Shown piece after piece: positions 36,984 through 49,979 of a DNA stretch of 64,000 nt. Position 1 is the first letter of the stretch; each line of letters begins with the position of its first letter. The notes under the pieces were generated by a model. That model did not search any database and was not told where the DNA came from. It saw only the letters and a list, made by a program, of their open reading frames with translations. The position numbers were made by a program, and so were the translations under genes. Source of the DNA: Plasmodiophora brassicae (Eukaryota); contig CP145417.1 of the NCBI GenBank assembly GCA_036867785.1, positions 1,302,001 through 1,366,000 of the forward strand, in the 5' to 3' direction.

Positions 36984-38812
36984 CGCTGGCGGAAACGTTC
37001 TCAGGACGACCGGGCCTCGTTCGCTTGTGGAGCTCAGCCGCACGCCCTCAAGGGCCGTCAGGCAGCATCAGGCTATATCAGGAGCGCATAATTCTAATTC
37101 GGGCATCCCCGCGCTGCGGCCAGAAATGACTTAGCAGACTCTGCCGGACGGCTTTGCCACAGACGTCGAAGTAACGTGGCGCAGAACGACGGCGAGGCGA
37201 TCGCGGAATGTGGAGGTGCATCTCCCCGAAATCGGCAACGAACCTGTTGTCGTCGTCGTTGTCCGCCTTGTATGAGTGGTCGCACGGCCATTGCCTATGA
37301 CCAATGTGGTAAGCCGAACAGAACAGATAGAAACCACTCCGAGAGACTATTGTACCGATTACGAACCGGTCCGATTTTCATCTGACGCGAACTCGTGTAT
37401 GACGTTGGAGCGCTGACAACACGGCCACGACTGGCCGTCATGCTTGTAGGGGCGGCGATGCAACCAGCAACGTTCAGGTCAAAGACGACAAAGTTCCCAA
37501 CAAGGAACAGGAGATGATTCCAGCGACGAACTCGAGAGAATTTGCCTGTGGCAATACGTCGAGTTCATATGCGACTTCATCTCACGGGCAGGATATGAAC
37601 CAGCGAATGAAACGGATCGCATTGTCAAATGTTCTAGTCAAGCATGCGCGCGCGACTGACGTACAGATATCGTAACGCGCCGGCTCGGGATAACGTCAGG
37701 CAAAGCGTCTTCCAAGAACCGACGCGCGTCACGATCAAACGTTCGTGGCTCAAAGCTTTCGAAATTGTCTTGAACAGGTGGAGACGTAGTACTGGAAGAC
37801 TGTGATCCAGAATACAGCGCGGGCAGAAGCGAAACCGCCATTAATGAAGCGGAACGCAATTGCGAACGAAGGCGCGACGGCGAGGTCACTGGTCCACACC
37901 ATGGCACAATGGACCTTCCATTCGAGATGGGTACTCCGGCTTGTCAACGTTGCCGGACACCCATACAACCAGCGCCGAGTTCATTGCCTAACGCTGATTA
38001 CCCCGAGCCCGTTTCACATCCAGGGGCCGACCATAATAATTTCCATTAGGAGTCGTTATTGGCCGGCGCCCGAATTCCATTTCATCTGATTGAGGTATCA
38101 GAGGGAACCCACATTACCAGTCTTGGAAACGAGTTACCTGGACACTTGCCTTCGAGGTCAAACGATTGTTATAGGGACGCCCTGGTGGTAGTGGCCTCGT
38201 AGGAAATCAGCACCAAATGTCATCTGGATTGTCAGCGACTTTGATGGTTCCTGGGAGACGTCCAGATAAACCAGTACAAAGGACCCCAGCGAAGGGTCCT
38301 CTCGTGTAGGTGCACCAAGCATCTAATCAAATGATGAGCGTTAGAGAAAACGATTATGCTGCGGGCAGGACACACCGATAGTGTGAATAGGGATGGTGGC
38401 ACGATTGACTCCAGACGTGCCAGCGAATCGCGATCTTGCCAACAAGTAAATTCCACGCCTGTCTCTTGGAACGATTTCGCAAGCAACGTCGATTCCGCAT
38501 GCAGAAATTCGAAGGCTGCCTTCCAGAAGACCACTGCGGGGGAGTTTGGACCAGATTTAAACACGGGAGACAATACAGAGCTAGACTGGTGAAACCGATG
38601 CCTTTCACCATGGCCAAACCAAGGGGCCGGTTTTCGGCTTGACCGCCATCATCAGCCGCGCGCAATTCTAATTCTGGCATCACCCCTCGCCTCGGCGGGT
38701 GGCCTGCTGCCGGCAGGATAAGCAACGCCAATCGACAGTATTCATTCGGATAGTTTGAAACGAAACACGCACTGGCCAGCTGACATGGACGTCTGCGCTG
38801 CCATGCATAGCC

Positions 38813-40719
38813 TTAAACGTGGTGGCATTGGACGCAGTCGGCGTACTTCATTGATGCCAGCTGCAGATCCTTCAGACGGCGCTGCACAGACGACGTTGTC
38901 AGCGACACGAGGCAGCACCACACAGAGCCGGTCGACCTTGAAACGAACGAGCGAGACGACCATAATGATGATCAGGGTGACACAGACGCCGGCCAGGACG
39001 TACGCGACGATCGAGCTGTCACGCGCTGGACGAACGCGCGCATCGGGTGGAGAACCCACCGGGTGGGTTACAGCCGACGTCGACGATCTGGACGCCTTCA
39101 CGGCCGCGACCGACTGGAACGCCTTCAATGCGACGCCCCCGGCGATGGCGGTCGATACGGTCGACACGATCCCTGGGTGGACACGGATGTTCAATCAGTA
39201 CACGACATCCGGTCGACAATTAACGTCGCCGGCGCTGACCGGATCGGCGCTCCGGTTGGCCAGAAACGGGCACGTCTTTCCCGGGAATGGGAGCGGCGCG
39301 ATACCCGACACCGTATCCGATCACTGAAGTGGCAGCCGCTGCCAGCAGACCAGCGCCCAGCACCTAAACAACGCAGGCGTGATCTACTGTCAGTCATGTT
39401 GACGCGAGCACCCGGGCCGGACACGTCCGGTTCCGACCTGATTGCCACGCGTGCTGACAGCGGCCCGGGAGTCGTTGCTCGCACGGTCCAGCCGGGATTG
39501 CATGTCGGCCAGGTCTCGCTGGCACGCCTGCAGGCTTGCGTTGGTCCCGTGCATATCCAGCAGCAATCTCTTGACCTGCTCGTCCAAGTCCAGCGCGCGT
39601 TGCTCGTGCAGTTGGGCCTTGCGTATCGTCTCGTCCAAGAGACGTCCGTTATCGACGCCCCGGCTGGGCGCCTGTGCCACATCGCTGCCGCGAGCCGCGT
39701 TGTCCTTCGTCTGGCGATACTCCAGTTGGTCACCCTGGACTTGGGTGGCCAGCTGGCCGGTCGTTTCGGAACCCGACACGAACGCGGTAAGCGGATCCGC
39801 CTGCTGGTTTGCCAACGAACGGGCCAATGTCGTCTCCCGATCGTGAACCGTTGTCAAACCCGGTTCGATCGGGTTTTCCGGCGCCCTGTGCTCGTCGGCA
39901 TCCCACTCTTCACGAGCGTCGTCGAACAGCTCGTCCATCTCGTCCTCCTCCGATATACCGACTTCGAGAGCCGCGTCCGCCTTTGTGGTATCCTTTACAC
40001 CAACTCGGCTGGACGACACCGGGACCGCGTGCCTGACGTCGACAGGCTGGAGGCACAGGACACAACGGTTAGCAGGCAATCCGGGAACACTAACAGTGCT
40101 CGTTTCGTGACTGACATTAGTGGTTGCTCCAGGGTTGAGAATCTCACCAACGGCGTTGACGATGTTCTCCTTGAGGTGTGTAAGCTGTACTGATCGGTCA
40201 GACCCGCGAACCTCCGGAACCAGAACAACGTACCAGCCCTTCGTTTTCGACAATTGATTTCCGTGAGGAGCGCCGGTTACGTAAGGCGGTCCACAACGGC
40301 TCCAGGAACTCTGCGACCTGCACCAGTCGACAATCAGGAGAAACGCTTCATTAGAGCCACCTGCTACGACGAACATGTTTCAGCGTGTTGATGTCTTTGA
40401 CGACGTCCTCTCGGTCCACGAATGCAGTGACGGCCTGCATAAACCATCGACGTCATTCAAACGTCGCGGATTGACGGTCGCTTCAATGCCAGGGGGTGTC
40501 GCTCACCTGTTTCAACTGGTTCGTGATAAAACCGTACTGCTCTTCAGGAACCAGCGTGCTCTTCATTGCGGCCACAATCGCGTCCGTGCATTCAAGGAGG
40601 GACTTGGCGCACTCGTAACGGATATCCTCATCGTCGTTCTCTGACCACGGATGGGCGTTCGCCGAAAGGCATAGCGCTGATAGCAATATGCAGACAGCCG
40701 CGGCCACCATCCACGACAT
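38813..40719 (-). CDS. Array family gene H3 (short exon 3, divergent linker patch)
   Basis: As H1 but ADAALEVGISEEDEMDELFDDAREE replaces ADATRVGISEDDEIDVGFHNAREE. Confidence 0.85.
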
Positions 40720-42571
40720 CGCTGGCGGAAACGTTCTCAGGACGACCGGGCCTCGTTCGCGTGTGGAGCTCAGTCGCACGCCCTCAGGGGCCGTCAGGCA
40801 GCATCAGGCTATATCAGGAGCGCATAATTCTAATTCGGGCATCACCGCGCTGCGGCCAGAAATGACTTACCTGAGCAGACTCTGCCGGACGGCTTTGCCA
40901 CAGACGTTGAGGTAACGTGGCGCAGATCGACGGCGAAGCGATCGCGGAATGTGGAGGTGCATCTCTTCGAAATCGGCAACGAACCTGTTGTCGTCGCCGT
41001 TGTCCGCCTTGTATGAGTGGTCGCACGGTTCGCCTAAGAAAGAACACCATTGCCTATGCCCATGTGGTAAGCCGAACAGAACAGATAGAAACCATCCCAG
41101 AGATTATTGTACCGATTACGAGCCGTGGTCCGATTTGCATCTGACCCGAACTCGTGTATGACGTTGGAGCGCTGACAGCACGGCCACGACTGGCCATCAT
41201 GCTTGTAGGGGCGGCGATGCAACTAGCAACGTTCAGGTCAAAGACGACAAAGTTCCCAACAAGGAACAGGAGATGATTCCAGCGACGAACTCGAGAGAAT
41301 TTGCCTGTGGCAATACGTCGAGTTCATATGCGACTTCATCTCACGGGCAGGATATGAACCAGCGAATGAAACGGATCGCATTGTCAAATGTTCTAGTCAA
41401 GCATGCGCGCGCGACTGACGTACAGATATCGTAACGCGCCGGCTCGGGATAACGTCAGGCAAAGCGTCTTCCAAGAACCGACGCGCGTCACGATCAAACG
41501 TTCGTGGCTCAAAGCTTTCGAAATTGTCTTGAACAGGTGGAGACGTAGTACTGGAAGACTGTGATCCAGAATACAGCGCGGGCAGAAGCGAAACCGCCAT
41601 TAATGAAGCGGAACGCAATTGCGAACGAAGGCGCGACGGCGAGGTCACTGGTCCACACCATGGCACAATGGACCTTCCATTCGAGATGGGTACTCCGGCT
41701 TGTCAACGTTGCCGGACACCCATACAACCAGCGCCGAGTTCATTGCCTAACGCTGATTACCCCGAGCCCGTTTCACATCCAGGGGCCGACCATAATAATT
41801 TCCATTAGGAGTCGTTATTGGCCGGCGCCCGAATTCCATTTCATCTGATTGAGGTATCAGAGGGAACCCACATTACCAGTCTTGGAAACGAGTTACCTGG
41901 ACACTTGCCTTCGAGGTCAAACGATTGTTATAGGGACGCCCTGGTGGTAGTGGCCTCGTAGGAAATCAGCACCAAATGTCATCTGGATTGTCAGCGACTT
42001 TGATGGTTCCTGGGAGACGTCCAGATAAACCAGTACAAAGGACCCCAGCGAAGGGTCCTCTCGTGTAGGTGCACCAAGCATCTAATCAAATGATGAGCGT
42101 TAGAGAAAACGATTATGCTGCGGGCAGGACACACCGATAGTGTGAATAGGGATGGTGGCACGATTGACTCCAGACGTGCCAGCGAATCGCGATCTTGCCA
42201 ACAAGTAAATTCCACGCCTGTCTCTTGGAACGATTTCGCAAGCAACGTCGATTCCGCATGCAGAAATTCGAAGGCTGCCTTCCAGAAGACCACTGCGGGG
42301 GAGTTTGGACCAGATTTAAACACGGGAGACAATACAGAGCTAGACTGGTGAAACCGATGCCTTTCACCATGGCCAAACCAAGGGGCCGGTTTTCGGCTTG
42401 ACCGCCATCATCAGCCGCGCGCAATTCTAATTCTGGCATCACCCCTCGCCTCGGCGGGTGGCCTGCTGCCGGCAGGATAAGCAACGCCAATCGACAGTAT
42501 TCATTCGGATAGTTTGAAACGAAACACGCACTGGCCAGCTGACATGGACGTCTGCGCTGCCATGCATAGCC

Positions 42572-44475
42572 TTAAACGTGGTGGCATTGGACGCAGTCGG
42601 CGTACTTCATTGATGCCAGCTGCAGATCCTTCAGACGGCGCTGCACAGACGACGTTGTCAGCGACACGAGGCAGCACCACACAGAGCCGGTCGACCTTGA
42701 AACGAACGAGCGAGACGACCATAATGATGATCAGGGTGACACAGACGCCGGCCAGGACGTACGCGACGATCGAGCTGTCACGCGCTGGACGAACGCGCGC
42801 ATCGGGTGGAGAACCCACCGGGTGGGTTACAGCCGACGTCGACGATCTGGACGCCTTCACGGCCGCGACCGACTGGAACGCCTTCAATGCGACGCCCCCG
42901 GCGATGGCGGTCGATACGGTCGACACGATCCCTGGGTGGACACGGATGTTCAATCAGTACACGACATCCGGTCGACAATTAACGTCGCCGGCGCTGACCG
43001 GATCGGCGCTCCGGTTGGCCAGAAACGGGCACGTCTTTCCCGGGAATGGGAGCGGCGCGATACCCGACACCGTATCCGATCACTGAAGTGGCAGCCGCTG
43101 CCAGCAGACCAGCGCCCAGCACCTAAACAAAGCAGGCGTGATCTACTGTCAGTCATGTTGACGCGAGCACCCGGGCCGGACACGTCCGGTTCCGACCTGA
43201 TTGCCACGCCTGCTGACAGCGGCCCGGGAGTCGTTGCTCGCACGGTCCAGCCGGGATTGCATGTCGGCCAGGTCTCGCTGGCACGCCTGCAGGCTTGCGT
43301 TGGTCCCGTGCATATCCAGCAGCAATCTCTTGACCTGCTCGTCCAAGTCCAGCGCGCGTTGCTCGTGCAGTTGGGCCTTGCGTATCGTCTCGTCCAAGAG
43401 ACGTCCGTTATCGACGCCCCGGCTGGGCGCCTGTGCCACATCGCTGCCGCGAGCCGCGTTGTCCTTCGTCTGGCGATACTCCAGTTGGTCACCCTGGACT
43501 TGGGTGGCCAGCTGGCCGGTCGCTTCGGAACCCGACACGAACGCGGTAAGCGGATCCGCCTGCTGGTTTGCCAACGAACGGGCCAATGTCGTCTCCCGAT
43601 CGTGAACCGTTGTCAAACCCGGTTCAATCGGGTTTTCCGGCGCCCAGTGCTCGTCGGCATCCCACTCTTCACGAGCGTTGTGGAAACCCACGTCTATCTC
43701 GTCATCCTCCGATATACCGACGCGAGTCGCGTCCGCCTTTGTGGTATCCTTTACACCAACTCGGCTGGACGACGCGGGGCCGGCGTGCCTGACGTCGACA
43801 GGCTGGCGGCACAGAACACAACGGTTAGCAGACAATCCGGGAACACCAACGGTGCTCGTTTCGTGTCTGACATTAGTGGTTGCTCCAGGGTTGAGAATCT
43901 CACCAACGGCGTTGACGATGTTCTCCTTGAGGTGTGTAAGCTGTACTGATCGGTCAGACCCGCGAACCTCCGGAACCAGAACAACGTACCAGCCCTTCGT
44001 TTTCGACAATTGATTTCCGTGAGGAGCGCCGGTTACGTAAGGCGGTCCACAACGGCTCCAGGAACTCTGCGACCTGCACCAGTCGACAATCAGGAGAAAC
44101 GCTTCATTAGAGCCACCTGCTACGACGAACATGTTTCAGCGTGTTGATGTCTTTGACGACGTCCTCTCGGTCCACGAATGCAGTGACGGCCTGCATAAAC
44201 CATCGACGTCATTCAAACGTCGCGGATTGACGGTCGCTTCAATGCCAGGGGGTGTCGCTCACCTGTTTCAACTGGTTCGTGATAAAACCGTACTGCTCTT
44301 CAGGAACCAGCGTGCTCTTCATTGCGGCCACAATCGCGTCCGTGCATTCAAGGAGGGACTTGGCGCACTCGTAACGGATATCCTCATCGTCGTTCTCTGA
44401 CCACGGATGGGCGTTCGCCGAAAGGCATAGCGCTGATAGCAATATGCAGACAGCCGCGGCCACCATCCACGACAT
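42572..44475 (-). CDS. Array family gene H4 (short exon-3 type)
   Basis: ORF translations match H1. Confidence 0.85.
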
Positions 44476-46327
44476 CGCTGGCGGAAACGTTCTCAGGACG
44501 ACCGGGCCTCGTTCGCGTGTGGAGCTCAGTCGCACGCCCTCAGGGGCCGTCAGGCAGCATCAGGCTATATCAGGAGCGCATAATTCTAATTCGGGCATCA
44601 CCGCGCTGCGGCCAGAAATGACTTACCTGAGCAGACTCTGCCGGACGGCTTTGCCACAGACGTTGAGGTAACGTGGCGCAGATCGACGGCGAAGCGATCG
44701 CGGAATGTGGAGGTGCATCTCTTCGAAATCGGCAACGAACCTGTTGTCGTCGCCGTTGTCCGCCTTGTATGAGTGGTCGCACGGTTCGCCTAAGAAAGAA
44801 CACCATTGCCTATGCCCATGTGGTAAGCCGAACAGAACAGATAGAAACCATCCCAGAGATTATTGTACCGATTACGAGCCGTGGTCCGATTTGCATCTGA
44901 CCCGAACTCGTGTATGACGTTGGAGCGCTGACAGCACGGCCACGACTGGCCATCATGCTTGTAGGGGCGGCGATGCAACTAGCAACGTTCAGGTCAAAGA
45001 CGACAAAGTTCCCAACAAGGAACAGGAGATGATTCCAGCGACGAACTCGAGAGAATTTGCCTGTGGCAATACGTCGAGTTCATATGCGACTTCATCTCAC
45101 GGGCAGGATATGAACCAGCGAATGAAACGGATCGCATTGTCAAATGTTCTAGTCAAGCATGCGCGCGCGACTGACGTACAGATATCGTAACGCGCCGGCT
45201 CGGGATAACGTCAGGCAAAGCGTCTTCCAAGAACCGACGCGCGTCACGATCAAACGTTCGTGGCTCAAAGCTTTCGAAATTGTCTTGAACAGGTGGAGAC
45301 GTAGTACTGGAAGACTGTGATCCAGAATACAGCGCGGGCAGAAGCGAAACCGCCATTAATGAAGCGGAACGCAATTGCGAACGAAGGCGCGACGGCGAGG
45401 TCACTGGTCCACACCATGGCACAATGGACCTTCCATTCGAGATGGGTACTCCGGCTTGTCAACGTTGCCGGACACCCATACAACCAGCGCCGAGTTCATT
45501 GCCTAACGCTGATTACCCCGAGCCCGTTTCACATCCAGGGGCCGACCATAATAATTTCCATTAGGAGTCGTTATTGGCCGGCGCCCGAATTCCATTTCAT
45601 CTGATTGAGGTATCAGAGGGAACCCACATTACCAGTCTTGGAAACGAGTTACCTGGACACTTGCCTTCGAGGTCAAACGATTGTTATAGGGACGCCCTGG
45701 TGGTAGTGGCCTCGTAGGAAATCAGCACCAAATGTCATCTGGATTGTCAGCGACTTTGATGGTTCCTGGGAGACGTCCAGATAAACCAGTACAAAGGACC
45801 CCAGCGAAGGGTCCTCTCGTGTAGGTGCACCAAGCATCTAATCAAATGATGAGCGTTAGAGAAAACGATTATGCTGCGGGCAGGACACACCGATAGTGTG
45901 AATAGGGATGGTGGCACGATTGACTCCAGACGTGCCAGCGAATCGCGATCTTGCCAACAAGTAAATTCCACGCCTGTCTCTTGGAACGATTTCGCAAGCA
46001 ACGTCGATTCCGCATGCAGAAATTCGAAGGCTGCCTTCCAGAAGACCACTGCGGGGGAGTTTGGACCAGATTTAAACACGGGAGACAATACAGAGCTAGA
46101 CTGGTGAAACCGATGCCTTTCACCATGGCCAAACCAAGGGGCCGGTTTTCGGCTTGACCGCCATCATCAGCCGCGCGCAATTCTAATTCTGGCATCACCC
46201 CTCGCCTCGGCGGGTGGCCTGCTGCCGGCAGGATAAGCAACGCCAATCGACAGTATTCATTCGGATAGTTTGAAACGAAACACGCACTGGCCAGCTGACA
46301 TGGACGTCTGCGCTGCCATGCATAGCC

Positions 46328-48314
46328 TTAAACGTGGTGGCATTGGACGCAGTCGGCGTACTTCATTGATGCCAGCTGCAGATCCTTCAGACGGCGCTGC
46401 ACAGACGACGTTGTCAGCGACACGAGGCAGCACCACACAGAGCCGGTCGACCTTGAAACGAACGAGCGAGACGACCATAATGATGATCAGGGTGACACAG
46501 ACGCCGGCCAGGACGTACGCGACGATCGAGCTGTCACGCGCTGGACGAACGCGCGCATCGGGTGGAGAACCCACCGGGTGGGTTACAGCCGACGTCGACG
46601 ATCTGGACGCCTTCACGGCCGCGACCGACTGGAACGCCTTCAATGCGACGCCCCCGGCGATGGCGGTCGATACGGTCGACACGATCCCTGGGTGGACACG
46701 GATGTTCAATCAGTACACGACATCCGGTCGACAATTAACGTCGCCGGCGCTGACCGGATCGGCGCTCCGGTTGGCCAGAAACGGGCACGTCTTTCCCGGG
46801 AATGGGAGCGGCGCGATACCCGACACCGTATCCGATCACTGAAGTGGCAGCCGCTGCCAGCAGACCAGCGCCCAGCACCTAAACAAAGCAGGCGTGATCT
46901 ACTGTCAGTCATGTTGACGCGAGCACCCGGGCCGGACACGTCCGGTTCCGACCTGATTGCCACGCCTGCTGACAGCGGCCCGGGAGTCGTTGCTCGCACG
47001 GTCCAGCCGGGATTGCATGTCGGCCAGGTCTCGCTGGCACGCCTGCAGGCTTGCGTTGGTCCCGTGCATATCCAGCAGCAATCTCTTGACCTGCTCGTCC
47101 AAGTCCAGCGCGCGTTGCTCGTGCAGTTGGGCCTTGCGTATCGTCTCGTCCAAGAGACGTCCGTTATCGACGCCCCGGCTGGGCGCCTGTGCCACATCGC
47201 TGCCGCGAGCCGCGTTGTCCTTCGTCTGGCGATACTCCAGTTGGTCACCCTGGACTTGGGTGGCCAGCTGGCCGGTCGCTTCGGAACCCGACACGAACGC
47301 GGTAAGCGGATCCGCCTGCTGGTTTGCCAACGAACGGGCCAATGTCGTCTCCCGATCGTGAACCGTTGTCAAACCCGGTTCAATCGGGTTTTCCGGCGCC
47401 CAGTGCTCGTCGGCATCCCACTCTTCACGAGCGTTGTGGAAACCCACGTCTATCTCGTCATCCTCCGATATACCGACGCGAGTCGCGTCCGCCTTTGTGG
47501 TATCCTTTACACCAACTCGGCTGGACGACGCGGGGCCGGCGTGCCTGACGTCGACAGGCTGGCGGCACAGAACACAACGGTTAGCAGACAATCCGGGAAC
47601 ACCAACGGTGCTCGTTTCGTGTCTGACATTAGTGGTTGCTCCAGGGTTGAGAATCTCACCAACGGCGTTGACGATGTTCTCCTTGAGGTGCGTAAGCTGT
47701 CCTGATCGGTCAGACCCGCGAACCTCCAGAACCAGAACAACGTACCAGGCCTTCGTTTGTGTCCATTGGATTCGGTCCACATATAGATGCGACGGGCCGG
47801 AACAGCTCGAAAGGTAAGAGGGACTGGGCCAGGGTGAAATACGAGTCTGTCCAGGCGTTCCGGATCGGATCGGAAGATGAGGCGGTCCACAACGGCTCCA
47901 GGCACTCTGCGACCTGCACCAGTCGACAATCAGGAGAAACGCTTCACTAGAGCCACCTGCTACGACGAACATGTTTCAGCGTGTTGATGTCTTTGACGAC
48001 TTCCTTTCGGTCCACGAATGAGGTGACGGCCTGCATAAACCATCGGCGTCATTCAAACGTCGCGGATTGACGCTCGCTTCAATGCCAGGGGCGCCGATCA
48101 CCTGCTTCAACTGGTTCGTGATGAAACCGTACTGCTCTTCAGGAACCAGCTTGGTCTTCATTGCGGCCACAATCGCGTCCGTGCATTCAAGGAGGGACTT
48201 GGCGCACTCGTAACGGATATCCTCATCGTCGTTCTCTGACCACGGATGGGCGTTCGCCGAAAGGCATAGCGCTGATAGCAATATGCAGACAGCCGCGGCC
48301 ACCATCCACGACAT
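46328..48314 (-). CDS. Array family gene H5 (long exon-3 type)
   Basis: ORF translations match H2. Confidence 0.85.
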
Positions 48315-49979
48315 CGCTGGCGGAAACGTTCTCAGGACGACCGGGCCTCGTTCGCTTGTGGAGCTCAGCCGCACGCCCTCAAGGGCCGTCAGGCAGCATC
48401 AGGCTATATCAGGAGCGCATAATTCTAATTCGGGCATCCCCGCGCTGCGGCCAGAAATGACTTAGCAGACTCTGCCGGACGGCTTTGCCACAGACGTCGA
48501 AGTAACGTGGCGCAGAACGACGGCGAGGCGATCGCGGAATGTGGAGGTGCATCTCCCCGAAATCGGCAACGAACCTGTTGTCGTCGTCGTTGTCCGCCTT
48601 GTATGAGTGGTCGCACGGCCATTGCCTATGACCAATGTGGTAAGCCGAACAGAACAGATAGAAACCACTCCGAGAGACTATTGTACCGATTACGAACCGG
48701 TCCGAATTTCATCTGACGCGAACTCGTGTATGACGTTGGAGCGCTGACAACACGGCCACGACTGGCCGTCATGCTTGTAGGGGCGGCGATGCAACCAGCA
48801 ACGTTCAGGTCAAAGACGACACAGTTCCCAACAAGGAACAGGAGATGATTCCACCGACGACCTCGAAAGAATCTGTCTGTGGCAATACGTCGAGTTCAGA
48901 TGCGACTTCATCTCACGGACGGGATATGAACCAGCGAATGAAACGGATCGCATTGTCAAATGTTCTTGTCAAGCATGCGCGCGCGACTGACGTACAGATA
49001 TCGTAACGCGCCGGCTCGGGATAACGTCAGGCAAAGCGTCTTCTAAGAACCGACGCGCGTCACGATCAAACGTTCGCGGCTCAAAGCTTTCGAAATTTGT
49101 CTTGAACAGGTGGAGACGTACGCCTACGTACAGAGCTTTAACATCGAAACGACTGCAAGCAAGCGCGGCTAGCTACCTGGGTGCTGTTAAACGAGGACCC
49201 GTCGCCAAAGAAGTCCAGCGGCGAAGGCGCATCGCGTGCACCCCTTCGTGGTCGTAACTGGTCCGGTGCCTGAAATTGAAAACGTTCCGCGAAGAAGCTC
49301 AGATCCAAACAGATACGGTTAGATGGCCGGGCGTATCACTTTGGATCTGAGCGGTTGTCGTCGGGCACCGGACCAGTTACGTACACGATGTGCCTTAGCA
49401 CGTTGAAACCGTTGTTTGGGTCGCTGGAACGTCTTTGGCAAACGATCCAGCATTCGACCCAGCTACCGGGCCTCCCTATTAGCGACGCGCGGAGAAGGGG
49501 CGCCGTCGCGTTCGTCTCCAGAACGACGACGACGACCGCTGATTGGCACCGGAGAGCACGCGGACCCCCACCCGTTGCGCAGGCGACCAGGTCGGGAAGA
49601 ATAAGGCCGCCCTCTATAGGTAGGCCCCACAGCCGAAAAGGCCTCCATGAAGCCCATTTGATTCCCCGACCATGGCGGCTACTTTGTGAAGCGCGTTGAC
49701 CCGGAACATCGAACGCAAACGTGACGCACAATACCTGCCACCATGGCTCGAACGAAGACACGGGCCAATTGAGATGCGCATCGACCTAATTGGTTGCAGG
49801 ACGCCAGAATGGCATCGCAGGGCTCGCGTCAGATTTCGACGCCAGCCGTTGATCGGCCGCCTGTGCGTTATTAGACCTGTCATTGTCGTACGGTCGGGAT
49901 CGATCCCGTATAGATCGAGGTTGCACACGGCACGTAATAGGACGACCCCTCGGCGGCCGTCGGGTGTGTGTAGGTCGCC

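Larger units (their letters stand above)
31078..49120. repeat. Tandem array of ~3.76-kb units (about 4.8 copies), each one family gene plus spacer
   Basis: Stop codons at 31241, 34997, 38813, 42572, 46328 (spacing 3756, 3816, 3759, 3756); ORF translations identical or nearly so. Confidence 0.97.
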
